Source: Candidatus Bathyarchaeia archaeon
GTDB taxonomy: Archaea; Thermoproteota; Bathyarchaeia; Bathyarchaeales; Bathycorpusculaceae
Length of the DNA: 64,000 nt
Assembly: GCA_038883855.1 (NCBI GenBank)
Contig: JAVZLH010000001.1
Location: forward strand, 118,552 to 182,551
Direction of reading: 5' to 3'
Part shown: one piece after another, positions 28,327 through 37,391 of the stretch
Layout of the letters: each line of letters starts with the position of its first letter
Numbering within the stretch: the stretch's first letter is position 1
Notes under the pieces: model-generated
What the model saw: only the letters and a program-made list of their open reading frames with translations
Told to the model about the DNA's origin: nothing
Database searches by the model: none
Position numbers and translations under genes: made by a program

Positions 28327-29222
28327 CGTTTTCTTGTTTTCCCTAGTTTGCAGAGTAGTTCAAAAATTATTTTTGCTGCTTGAATAGCTGAAACGCCTTG
28401 GTCATAGTTTGGTGCAACTTCAACCACGTCAAAGCCTACCACACGGCTATCGCAAAGGGCGCATAGAATATCAAGCAACGTGTGTGTTTCGATCCCTTCC
28501 GGTTCTGGGTTTTGCACTGCTGGCGCATAAGCGGGGTCTAAAACATCCATGTCTACGGATAAATAGAGGCTTTCTATTCCAGCCAGTTCCTTATTCAACA
28601 ACTTTACAATTTGCATGCTACCTTTTTTTCTGATTTGCTGTGCTGTGAAAAACTGTATGCCCGCCTCTTCTGCATATTTGAGTTCTTCTTTGCAGACTGC
28701 TCTTGTGCCCACTTCAATTATTTTTGCTGGCTTTGCCTCTTCGTTTATTCTGCGCATAAACGTTGTGTGAGAAAGTTTGAGTCCCATAAACTCGTCTCGA
28801 AGGTCAAGGTGCGCATCAAAACTCACAACAGCTGTTTTATTGGCTTTTCTGCCTAAGCCTTTAACTGCTCCCAAAGTTATTGTGTGTTCGCCGCCCATGA
28901 CGACTGGCGTTTTTTCAGCTTCCAGAATTTCTTTAACAACAAGCCCGAGTCTTTTCATGGTTTCAGCAGTATCCATATATACGTGTAAATCGCCTAAATC
29001 GTGCAGTTGCAAATTTTCCACGTCAAAGCCAGCGCGGAAACTGTAGGTTTCAATGTTTAGTGATGCCTCCCTTATGGCGTTTGGACCAAACCGCGCTCCA
29101 GTTCTATAGGTGCTTGTGGCATCAAATGGAACGCCTAAAATTATGTAATCTGCTTTTTCGAAGGGTTTTTGGAAACCGCTGAAAACATTGGATTGTGAAA
29201 CGAAAATTTCGCGGTAACCCAT
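28323..29222 (-). CDS. speB: Agmatinase (arginase family)
   Basis: 299 aa with Mn-binding motifs GGEHTIT, FDAHLDL and SVDMDVLDP. Confidence 0.85.
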   Translation of the reverse strand: MGYREIFVSQSNVFSGFQKPFEKADYIILGVPFDATSTYRTGARFGPNAIREASLNIETYSFRAGFDVENLQLHDLGDLHVYMDTAETMKRLGLVVKEILEAEKTPVVMGGEHTITLGAVKGLGRKANKTAVVSFDAHLDLRDEFMGLKLSHTTFMRRINEEAKPAKIIEVGTRAVCKEELKYAEEAGIQFFTAQQIRKKGSMQIVKLLNKELAGIESLYLSVDMDVLDPAYAPAVQNPEPEGIETHTLLDILCALCDSRVVGFDVVEVAPNYDQGVSAIQAAKIIFELLCKLGKTRKR

Positions 29223-29282
29223 TTCTATTATTCTTCCTACACTTTGTTCCTAGAGGTATGCTCCGAGCTCTTTTTAAAATTT

Positions 29283-29784
29283 CTACTTCCGAAAGGCAAA
29301 ACACAGCCTTGCCAAATAAGCGATGATGCCTAAAAGGAAGGATAAGCTGCAAAGTCCGTAGATAACAGTGTATTGGTAAGGAACCAGAATGTTAATGAAG
29401 GGATTTCCTTGCAGCGGATAAAAGGGCGCCATTTCCCCATAAAGAAACGAGTCTAAAAACACATGCGAATAAACTCCTACAAAAGACGTTAAAAATATCC
29501 TCTTAAAAGAAGTCTTCTGCGGAATTCTGAAAAACGCCATCTTTGCCAAACAATTCCCTAAGCGGATAAACAACTGCTGTGACAAAAAATGCCAGAATTG
29601 ACGCGCTTAAATATGAGTGGAAAAAACCGTGAAGCGGATAACCAGAAACGCCAAAAAACACCACATAGAGCGGCTCCACGTCTGGAATGACGCTTGCTAT
29701 TAGAAGTGCTGGCAAATCAAAAAATGTGAATAAGGCTAGACCTAACAACAACGCTGGACCAAAATGGAATGGAGTAAAGGGCAT
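29283..29784 (-). pseudogene. DUF4184-like membrane protein gene split by one +1 frame change
   Basis: ORF 29503..29817 (MPFTPFHFGPALLLG...HGFFHSYL...PLRELFGK) continues in ORF 29283..29585 (AFFRIPQKTSF...VYSHVFLDSFLYGE). The switch is at GGCAAAGATGGCGTTTTTCAG, around 29535-29555. Confidence 0.6.
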
Positions 29785-29888
29785 AACCAAACCTTCTCTG
29801 CATAAATGTTGTTCCACTATTGACCAGTGACGGTATAATATTTATTAATTTATTGCTGTTAATGCATTTGTTAAAAAGGGTGCAAAAC

Positions 29889-30242
29889 ATGGCGCTAAAA
29901 TCTAAGCTTAAAATTGAAGGCAAGGGCATCGCAGCGTCCTTCATCTTTTACGCTGTTGCTGGAATAATTTTCTTCATTGTTTTACCTTTAGCCTTTTTCC
30001 CACCCCACATTGGCATAATCGGAATCCTAAGTCTGCTCACAGCCTACGGCTTGCTAAAGAAAAGAGTTTGGGCAGTTTGGCTTGTTGTCATGTTATTCTT
30101 TATCAACACAACTTTTTCGTTGGTTACACTTTACTACTTTTTTCTGGGAGATATGCTCATTGAGGTGGGCGCGGCTGCATACTTAATTCTCACATGGATT
30201 TTCACAGCATACATCGTTGCAAAAAGGGAGACAATAAAGTAG
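29889..30242 (+). CDS. Hypothetical membrane protein (3-4 TM)
   Basis: ATG at 29889 (MALKSKLKIEGKG...) followed by hydrophobic segments. No family recognised. Confidence 0.5.
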   Translation: MALKSKLKIEGKGIAASFIFYAVAGIIFFIVLPLAFFPPHIGIIGILSLLTAYGLLKKRVWAVWLVVMLFFINTTFSLVTLYYFFLGDMLIEVGAAAYLILTWIFTAYIVAKRETIK

Positions 30243-30252
30243 AAACTTCTCT

Positions 30253-31119
30253 TTAAGCAGCTTTCATTTCTCTTTTAAGGATATCGCGCATTTTCACTGC
30301 GTCCACATCAAGAACCGGGCTTTCGCTTATGATGACCGGGTTCAATTTGAACTCAGCTATAACTTTTGCTAGCATTTCAAAATCTGGGCCGTATTCGGCT
30401 TCCTCCATTGTGTGGTGTTGTTTCTCGCCTTTATCCGTGAATTCCACCTTCGTGAAGTGGCAATGCATATTTTTAACGGTTTCAGTTCCCAAGCGCTTTT
30501 CAATTTCCGCAACAACTTCACGAAAATCCTCAACAGTCTTGAAACGCCCCTTGCCCCTTGCGTGCAAGTGCGCCCAGTCAATGACCGGACTCGTTCGCTC
30601 AACTTCCTCGCAGAGGCCCAAAACTTCGTCTAAACTCCCAAATTGGGAAGGCTTGCCCATAGTTTCTGGGCCTAGTCTTACATTCTTAATTCCAAGCGTG
30701 CTCATGGCTTCAACAACTTCTTTTAAGGCCTCAATACATTTTTTAAAAACATCTTTTGGCGCGTTTTTACCGTAAAACCCTGAGTGGAAAACCACTATGT
30801 ATGATTTCAGCCAGTCGGCCGCGGTTGCGCCTGCAATTAAGCGTTGTTTACTTGCTTCAACAACTTGTTTGTTCCCGCAAAAGTTTATGAAGTAGGAGCC
30901 ATGGAGGCTTAGCAAGACATCAAATTTTTCTGCTTCTCGCCCGAGTTTTTCAGCCTCTTCCCTCTTTATCTGCGGTTTTACGCCCCATCGAACCGCTTGA
31001 TATTCAAAGGCGTCAAGTCCCTCTTCCATAAGAAGTCTAGGGACGTCCGTTAAACCAGCTTTTCTAGCTCTAAAGGATGGAGGGACTCCGGCGGGACCGA
31101 ATCTTGTACGGTTAGTCAT
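30253..31119 (-). CDS. Endonuclease IV-like TIM-barrel protein (AP endonuclease family 2 / xylose isomerase-like fold)
   Basis: 288 aa. LSLHGSYFINF, VVFHSGFYG, LGPETMG, IDWAHLHARG, MHCHF and IISESP are spaced as the metal-ligand motifs of endonuclease IV. Confidence 0.65.
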   Translation of the reverse strand: MTNRTRFGPAGVPPSFRARKAGLTDVPRLLMEEGLDAFEYQAVRWGVKPQIKREEAEKLGREAEKFDVLLSLHGSYFINFCGNKQVVEASKQRLIAGATAADWLKSYIVVFHSGFYGKNAPKDVFKKCIEALKEVVEAMSTLGIKNVRLGPETMGKPSQFGSLDEVLGLCEEVERTSPVIDWAHLHARGKGRFKTVEDFREVVAEIEKRLGTETVKNMHCHFTKVEFTDKGEKQHHTMEEAEYGPDFEMLAKVIAEFKLNPVIISESPVLDVDAVKMRDILKREMKAA

Positions 31120-31131
31120 TAATTTCCCTTT

Positions 31132-31965
31132 CTACCTTCTCTTAACTGTTCTGTGTTTGAAAGCTTTCCGCTTGTAGCCGCCGTAAAATAGAGTAGCTAA
31201 AGCCGAAATCCAAGCTGCAAGGTTCTGGAAAACCAGATACTTTCCAGCACCATCTAACAGAGTTAATGGTCCAATCAAAGAGCCCACGGCGACCACAAAA
31301 TCCCTAAATCCGGGCGCCACGGCAATTAGCGCGTTATTTATAGCTGAAAAAAACGCGCCTATAGGGGTGAAAAACTGTGCTGTGCCTTTGATGAAGTTGA
31401 GTAGTGAGGCGTTGCTTTGGTAGGTGCCAGCTATTGTGTGATAAATTAGATTAGGATAAGCCAAGAGGGAAATTATGATTATGAGAGTTCCAAAAGTCAG
31501 CAGCAATGTTAAAGTGCTTTTTATTGCGGTTCTAGCGAAATGTATTTTTTGCCAAATGTAGGCTATTCCCTTAAATTTTAAAAGTCTCCTTTTCGCTCCA
31601 TCAAAAAACCTCTTTAGAAGTCCCGTTTTCTGTTCTCCTTTTGTAGATGCCTTGGTCTTGGTTTTTAATGTTTCAGCGGGTTTTATCGTGAAGTAGCTTG
31701 TTAAACATATCCAGCTGAAAATGAGCGATAGGATGACGGCTGCGGGAACTAGATGGAATATTGGGCTAATCGTTAAAACGAAATTCCAATCCGTGCCCGG
31801 AAATATGAAACTCCATTGTAACAGTCCTTTGTCTTCTACCCCTAAGCTAATGGCATAAAGAGCAACCAGATACTCGGTTAAAATAGCTATCAAAATGAAA
31901 AGAATTATCGCAGCTGCTCCCTTTAGTGTGGTCCAACGAATGACCAGACGTTTTTGAGTTACCAT
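31132..31965 (-). CDS. Hypothetical polytopic membrane protein
   Basis: 277 aa with several hydrophobic segments and a basic C-terminus. No family recognised. Confidence 0.5.
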   Translation of the reverse strand: MVTQKRLVIRWTTLKGAAAIILFILIAILTEYLVALYAISLGVEDKGLLQWSFIFPGTDWNFVLTISPIFHLVPAAVILSLIFSWICLTSYFTIKPAETLKTKTKASTKGEQKTGLLKRFFDGAKRRLLKFKGIAYIWQKIHFARTAIKSTLTLLLTFGTLIIIISLLAYPNLIYHTIAGTYQSNASLLNFIKGTAQFFTPIGAFFSAINNALIAVAPGFRDFVVAVGSLIGPLTLLDGAGKYLVFQNLAAWISALATLFYGGYKRKAFKHRTVKRR

Positions 31966-32175
31966 CCCCGGTTCTCACCAGCGAATACATTAACCTCAAT
32001 TACACTCTAATATGCGATTTTCTAACTAAAAAAGATGACTATGAAACACTGGGTATATATTTTCACTCATAATTAGTTAGCCTCAACCTCTTTATTTAAC
32101 GAATTAATTCAAAGCAGAGAGAGAACAAAACTGTGAATACTACTCAAGGGTGGAATGCATCTGTTGGCTTCATCC

Positions 32176-32313
32176 TTAGGAAAATGGGAACTCGTTTCCG
32201 CATTTTGGGCATTTAACCATGGAGCATTGTACGGAAGAGGGGCAGCCGGAGCAGGCAAATGCCCTGCCATATGTTATGTCAAAAGTGAAACCACATTTCG
32301 GGCATTTCACCAA
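32176..32313 (-). CDS. 45-aa double zinc-ribbon protein (below the ORF-track cut-off)
   Basis: The minus strand reads (TTG)VKCPKCGFTFDITYGRAFACSGCPSSVQCSMVKCPKCGNEFPFS with two CPKCG motifs plus CSGC. AAAGGAG lies upstream. The start codon is uncertain. Confidence 0.4.
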   Translation of the reverse strand: MVKCPKCGFTFDITYGRAFACSGCPSSVQCSMVKCPKCGNEFPFS

Positions 32314-32440
32314 ATGCTTGGAATGCGTGTTCAGCGTTTTTCGCTCCTTTTAAGTAAATCATGGTGGGAAATTTTAAAAATGTTTCTCATAACTCTAAAG
32401 TTGATTTACACAAGATTTATTAAATTATTGAGAGGCAAAT

Positions 32441-33448
32441 TTGAAGTTTGAGACTGGGAAAGGGATGCAGAGAAAAAACAAAGCAGAGCGGTCAGAGCTT
32501 TACAGGGACCGTGACGTACAAGTTTTGCTAGGCAAATTTTTAAGCGGAGAAATCAGCAAGCTTGAGCCCGTTTACGACTCACAGGTTGGTTACCGTTACC
32601 CAGCGGTTGAGGAGATAATTGGTGATGTTTCAAAGGTTATGCCTTTTTTGAACAAGCTTTATGAGGCTGGAATCTTAGAGCGAAAGCTTTACGATAAGGT
32701 TATTTATTGCCCAAAATGTGGTTCCGCAAACATTTCTGTTCGTTATTGCTGCCCCTACTGTAAGTCTTTTGATATCCAAAAAAGTTCCCTCATAGAGCAT
32801 GTCAAATGTGGGTATATGGATGTGCAAGAGAGCTTCTTGAAAGGGACTGAGATGGTTTGTCCAAAATGTGGTGAGGAGCTTAAAACAGCTGATGTTGATT
32901 ATAGGAAGGCTGGAATATGGTGCACTTGTAAGGTTTGCGGGAAAAGTTTTGACATTCCAGTCTCCGTGCACTTCTGTAGAAATTGCCATGAAAACTTCAC
33001 TTTTGAAGACGCAAAAATACAGGATGTTTATGTTTACAGTCTCAATGAAGAAGTAAAGGGAGAGGCTCCGCTCATCTGGGTTTTGGTGACACAAATTCAG
33101 GAAATGCTAGTGGAGGATGGCTTTCATGTTGAAAGTCCAGCTTTTATTAAGGGCAAATCAGGTGCAAACCATAGGTTTGACATTGCGGCGTATAAGGACA
33201 CTGCTGAAAAATTGATGGTTATCGATTTTGCATCTTCCGTTGAAAGTGAGATTTCAGAGCAGCCGGTTATCGCTCTTTTCGCCAAAATATTTGATGTTTC
33301 TCCTGAAAAGGCTTACCTGATTGCGGTTCCGAGGATTAATGAGAATGGTAGGAAGATGGCTGAGTTATATAATATTCAGATTATTGAGGCTAGGAATCAG
33401 AAGGAAGTTGTAAAGGCTCTAAGAGAGAAACTGAAAAATAACCATTAA
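32441..33448 (+). CDS. Winged-helix / multi-zinc-ribbon / C-terminal nuclease-fold-like protein (TackOD1-like architecture)
   Basis: 335 aa. Segments in order: FLNKLYEAGILERK (wH-like); CPKCGS...CCPYCKS; CPKCGEEL...CTCKVCGKSF; FCRNCHENF; then GANHRFDIAAYKD...LMVIDFASS. An alternative ATG is at 32465. Confidence 0.6.
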   Translation: MKFETGKGMQRKNKAERSELYRDRDVQVLLGKFLSGEISKLEPVYDSQVGYRYPAVEEIIGDVSKVMPFLNKLYEAGILERKLYDKVIYCPKCGSANISVRYCCPYCKSFDIQKSSLIEHVKCGYMDVQESFLKGTEMVCPKCGEELKTADVDYRKAGIWCTCKVCGKSFDIPVSVHFCRNCHENFTFEDAKIQDVYVYSLNEEVKGEAPLIWVLVTQIQEMLVEDGFHVESPAFIKGKSGANHRFDIAAYKDTAEKLMVIDFASSVESEISEQPVIALFAKIFDVSPEKAYLIAVPRINENGRKMAELYNIQIIEARNQKEVVKALREKLKNNH

Positions 33449-36165
33449 TCTATTATGAAAACCGCCATGTTGCCTCTTTCCGTGACTATTTTAACTGTGA
33501 ATTTATCTTCTGGCAGTTTTACGCCTGCGAGGACGTATGTTGTTTCTTCTCCCGAGTTTATGAAAAGGTTGGCATTGTAACGTTCATGGTTTGTTTGGCT
33601 TATTACCCATATGGCTATGATATGCGTTGTTGAGGGGCTGGGGTTTTTAATGTTGATGCTTACTCCGTCGATCGTTGCTTTTAGGGCGAAAAAGTCTACT
33701 TCTATGGTTGTTTGGTTCATGCTTGTTCCGTCATCTGTAAATTGTAAGCGAACTGTACCGTTGCCGCTGACGTAGTCTGCCAAGTTTTCAGTTATGCTGG
33801 TTGCGTAATAATTCCACTCGTTTGGCATGGGTTGGATTCCGCCGGTGTTGTTAAAGCCTGCGTCGCTGAAGCTTGCAGTTGCCCAATTATATGCTTTTAT
33901 AAACCATTTTTCTGAGCCTTCGGTGGCATTGTATCTGAGGAGTATTTCTATGCTTTGTATTTGGTTTAGCGGGTAGCTAAACAAGTCTATCACAAAGTCG
34001 TTGTTTACGTTAAGCCTATAAGTACCTAACACTGTTGCCTCATACTGTATCCAGTCAACTTTAAACTCGAACGGCGTATCCGTAGTTTTTATACATTTAA
34101 TTTTCAACTTCCACTCTCCAGCGGCATCTCTGAAGCGTGTTGGACTGGTGGTGACGGTCTGGTTTTCTATAGTATCCGTTATACCAATGGTATCCGCCAT
34201 GTAACCGTCGCCACTCGTTGAGTAAGCGCCTATTTCATAATTGTAAAGTTGCAACGTTACGTTAACGTCTGTTGTGGTACAACTGAGGTCAACAGTCCAT
34301 GTTAAACTGTCCCACGACACTGTATTAGATGCGCCCGTAAACTCAGCTTCAGCCGTGAACTCTGTTGGGGATCCAAAATTCATGAACTCGATTTCAAAAC
34401 ATTCATATGTGGTTGTTGCTGTGTTTGATGAAAACATAGTTGAGCCTATCACCGTAAGTGTTGCCCCATCCCAGTGTATTGCGCCTAAGTCAAGAGCGGT
34501 TGTTTCTAAAACTGCCCCCAAAATTTTGGCATCCCCACTTATGTTGCGGGTGTTCGTTCGCAACTGAACCCACAAGTGAGCATATGCACCCATTGACACA
34601 TAAGTCGTCCAGTTTGTTCCCCAACCGGTGGATATGGAGTATGTGTTATAGTGTATTCTTCCAACGGTTGTTCCCCAAACTATTAAGCCTTTGTTTCCTG
34701 TTGGTTCCCAAGCGAAGTCGACGCATCTTGTGGTGGCTGAATCAACTGCATCATCAACTTCATTAACTATGTGAACTCTTGTTGGTGGGTCTGCGGACAT
34801 GTTGAAAGCCCAAGCGTTTAAATCTCCGAGGTCGTTAACTCCAGCATACATGACAAAATCGTTTTGTGAGTTTCCCGCGGGGTCGCGTTTTAAGACACTA
34901 AAGCAGGCATCGTTTCCTCCGTCTGGGTCTGGGTCAAAGGATACTCCAGCAGTCCAGTCATCGTCGCCTTGAATGTAGTATTTCCAAGCCATGCTGTTGG
35001 GTCCGTCTCCTGAAACAACCAATATTTTCTTGTAGTACGTGGAGTATTCAATTGCGATTGTTTCTCTTCCAACAGTTGTATATGAAGTGGATATTGTAGT
35101 CATTTTCTCCCATGAACTGCCATTCCATATTCCCGCAAATGTATCAGCATTTGTGTCATCTTGAAATGCTAAAGCAATCTGATTAGACGCTGGTTGTGGG
35201 TTGCTTGCTAAACAAACAAATGATATGGTTGGATTTACTGAGGCAACTCCGGCAAAATCTATGTAATATTCGTCGCTCCACGCCGTGCCGTTCCAAATTT
35301 TATACCCTAAATCTTTTGTGGCCTCTGCAACAACAACATCATATACTAGTAATGCTCTGCCGCTTGCCGTTTCATAAGCTATGTCGTAGGGGCGTTGCGC
35401 ACCAGTTGGCGCCGTTGTCCAAACTTGAGCGATATTGTTTGTGGCAATCCATTCTATACCGTTCCAAACGTAAGCGTCAAGGTAACCATCGTCAGAACAA
35501 GTTACAACGATCCTCTCAAAACTTCTCTCTTCCACGGGGCAAGAAGCAACTCTAACAGTTCTAACGGGACTGCCAGCGTCTGGCATCTCAACTTGCGAAC
35601 TCCAACCTGCCGCTTCTCCATTCCACGTCCTCAGTTTAGGCGTATTCAGAGAGGCTGTGCTGTCGCGGTAAACTATGAAGGCGTCGGTTTTTGCTGTTGT
35701 TGATGATGCTGAAACATAGGAACGGAAACGCATGTAAACATTGTCTTCGTTTTGTAAATCGGTTATTGAGCCTGAAACAAGCGTTGTATACCCAAAAAGA
35801 GCGTAAGTCGAGGGATTATATCTATAAGAAATTCCTCCAGTGCCTCCTGTAGTAAACTCTTCTCTGAAAGCTTCGTAAAAATCGTCAATATAGTGGGTGT
35901 CCGTGTAAGTGCCGCTTACCCTAGTTCCAACTTCGATTGTAAACTCTTTTTGAGCTGTGAACCACGGCGAACCAGCTATACGAGTGGCGTTGGTAATCTG
36001 CACTGTTTCTTGCATCCTTTCCAAATCCAACTGGTTCATTTGAAAACTCCAGAGAACGACATTGCCAACAATCATCACTATCAAAATTAAACTTAACATG
36101 ATGACTATCACATTGCTTATGCCGCGTTTATCGCGTTTAAGGCGCCTTATAATAGCCTCCAGCAT
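33445..36165 (-). CDS. Giant pilin-like surface protein: class III signal peptide, 8 W-N-G repeats, two C-terminal beta modules
   Basis: The N-terminus MLEAIIRRLKRDKRG|ISNVIVIMLSLILIVMIVG resembles an archaeal prepilin. The C-terminus (VKIVTERGNMAVFIID) resembles that of the adjacent small pilin. The ORF is open to 36231; the start at 36165 is chosen for a 15-aa leader. Confidence 0.7.
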   Translation of the reverse strand: MLEAIIRRLKRDKRGISNVIVIMLSLILIVMIVGNVVLWSFQMNQLDLERMQETVQITNATRIAGSPWFTAQKEFTIEVGTRVSGTYTDTHYIDDFYEAFREEFTTGGTGGISYRYNPSTYALFGYTTLVSGSITDLQNEDNVYMRFRSYVSASSTTAKTDAFIVYRDSTASLNTPKLRTWNGEAAGWSSQVEMPDAGSPVRTVRVASCPVEERSFERIVVTCSDDGYLDAYVWNGIEWIATNNIAQVWTTAPTGAQRPYDIAYETASGRALLVYDVVVAEATKDLGYKIWNGTAWSDEYYIDFAGVASVNPTISFVCLASNPQPASNQIALAFQDDTNADTFAGIWNGSSWEKMTTISTSYTTVGRETIAIEYSTYYKKILVVSGDGPNSMAWKYYIQGDDDWTAGVSFDPDPDGGNDACFSVLKRDPAGNSQNDFVMYAGVNDLGDLNAWAFNMSADPPTRVHIVNEVDDAVDSATTRCVDFAWEPTGNKGLIVWGTTVGRIHYNTYSISTGWGTNWTTYVSMGAYAHLWVQLRTNTRNISGDAKILGAVLETTALDLGAIHWDGATLTVIGSTMFSSNTATTTYECFEIEFMNFGSPTEFTAEAEFTGASNTVSWDSLTWTVDLSCTTTDVNVTLQLYNYEIGAYSTSGDGYMADTIGITDTIENQTVTTSPTRFRDAAGEWKLKIKCIKTTDTPFEFKVDWIQYEATVLGTYRLNVNNDFVIDLFSYPLNQIQSIEILLRYNATEGSEKWFIKAYNWATASFSDAGFNNTGGIQPMPNEWNYYATSITENLADYVSGNGTVRLQFTDDGTSMNQTTIEVDFFALKATIDGVSINIKNPSPSTTHIIAIWVISQTNHERYNANLFINSGEETTYVLAGVKLPEDKFTVKIVTERGNMAVFIID
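34432..35664 (-). repeat. Eight tandem repeats of about 55 aa with a W-N-G-x-x-W-type signature (protein level), beta-propeller-like
   Basis: TWNGEAAGW, VWNGIEW, IWNGTAW, IWNGSSW, AWKYYIQGDDDW, NAWAFNM, HYNTYSISTGW and IHWDGATL occur at residues about 203, 256, 313, 369, 416, 473, 527 and 587 of the ORF. Confidence 0.6.
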
Positions 36166-36562
36166 GATTCCCCCTGTTCGTAACGACATCAACATGGTAG
36201 ACTTCACCTGAAACCCAAGAACATGAAACATTTAGCCATCCATGCTCCTCCATTTCCAAGTGGAAGGGCGAACTGAAGAGTTGAGGAGTGCCGTTAACGT
36301 AAACCCTTGAAACGTCAATGGCGCCCTTACCAATGTTGCGGAGATAAACCATTATGACGTTAGTGGAGTTAAACCAGACATCCTCTACCAAAAGGCGCTC
36401 GCTCATGTTTTCCCGAAGATTTGTTGTGACACCATATGTAGAAGTTGTGGCGATTGCCATGGCTGCTACAGCCACGACCATAAGCAAAAGATTGCTTAGA
36501 ACTGGCGTTATAGCACGCTTATCGCAGAAAAATTTTCTAAACTTATCCTTCACCTTTTCCAC
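36137..36562 (-). CDS. Archaeal type IV pilin (class III signal peptide)
   Basis: 141 aa. The N-terminus FFCDKRA|ITPVLSNLLLMVVAVAAMAIA is the canonical archaeal pilin signal. Confidence 0.8.
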   Translation of the reverse strand: MEKVKDKFRKFFCDKRAITPVLSNLLLMVVAVAAMAIATTSTYGVTTNLRENMSERLLVEDVWFNSTNVIMVYLRNIGKGAIDVSRVYVNGTPQLFSSPFHLEMEEHGWLNVSCSWVSGEVYHVDVVTNRGNHAGGYYKAP

Positions 36563-36563
36563 C

Positions 36564-37391
36564 TCACAAGAAAAGTTTTAGTGCCACATAACCGCACACC
36601 ATCATTATAAGACTATGTTTTAACCCAGCGCTCATTGTTCCATCGCCCATTTTCCCCGCCACCAGCCCGCTAAAAAATGCTTGGATTGCTGTCATGTGGA
36701 AAAATAACCGTTGCATCTCTTCCGCCGTCATCACGGCCGCGCCAAGCGTCGGCAGCCCCTCTATCGTCGCAAAAAAAGACTTGAAAAGAAGCATTATTGT
36801 GAACAAGAAAACGAAAAAAGCTACGTAAATTATTGCGATGTAAGGTCTTGTCCGTGTTCGGCGTTCCTTTTCTAACAAAAGAGTCGTCTCTATAAACTTG
36901 CCCATTGGGTCAAAGACTCTTTCAACATGTCCTCCTGAACGCCCAGCCTCAATAATCATGGGAACCGTTCTCTGCATCAAAACCGTGTTAACTCGCCTCC
37001 CCAAAGCTAAAAGGGCATCATCAAAACTCATTCCCCAAGAAATCTGCGCGGTCATTTTCCTCAACTCTACCGTAAGCGGTCCATAATCCCTTTTTGCAGC
37101 TTCCTCTAAAGCTTGAGGCAACGTCATGCCCGTTTGTTGAGCTTGAACAATGCTTCTGAAAAGATCTGGTAAACGCTCATCAACAGCTTTCCTCCATCTA
37201 TATTCAATGTAGGTTAATATGGAGGTGGGTGCAATGGCGATTATTGCCGCAAAAAAGACGAGTTCATCAAAAATTTTGCTACCCCAAAACATGAAGTATG
37301 CGAATAGAATCATGAAAACAGCTAACAAAACAGAGATTGCAAGCGCAAATTTTTTAGTTTTCTTCTCTATTTTCGGCATTTCCGCTACCAT
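36564..37391 (-). CDS. T2SS-F / TadC / FlaJ-like pilus platform membrane protein (second half-size gene)
   Basis: 275 aa. LPDLFRSIVQAQQTGMTLPQALEEAAK...MIIEAGRSGG is flanked by TM segments. Confidence 0.8.
   Translation of the reverse strand: MVAEMPKIEKKTKKFALAISVLLAVFMILFAYFMFWGSKIFDELVFFAAIIAIAPTSILTYIEYRWRKAVDERLPDLFRSIVQAQQTGMTLPQALEEAAKRDYGPLTVELRKMTAQISWGMSFDDALLALGRRVNTVLMQRTVPMIIEAGRSGGHVERVFDPMGKFIETTLLLEKERRTRTRPYIAIIYVAFFVFLFTIMLLFKSFFATIEGLPTLGAAVMTAEEMQRLFFHMTAIQAFFSGLVAGKMGDGTMSAGLKHSLIMMVCGYVALKLFL

Noticed and set aside
32155-32451. A 98-aa plus-strand ORF in the 31966-32440 gap
   Set aside because: It has no protein-like features. The opposite strand encodes a convincing double CPKCG zinc ribbon in the same place, and the ORF's end overlaps the start of the next real gene.
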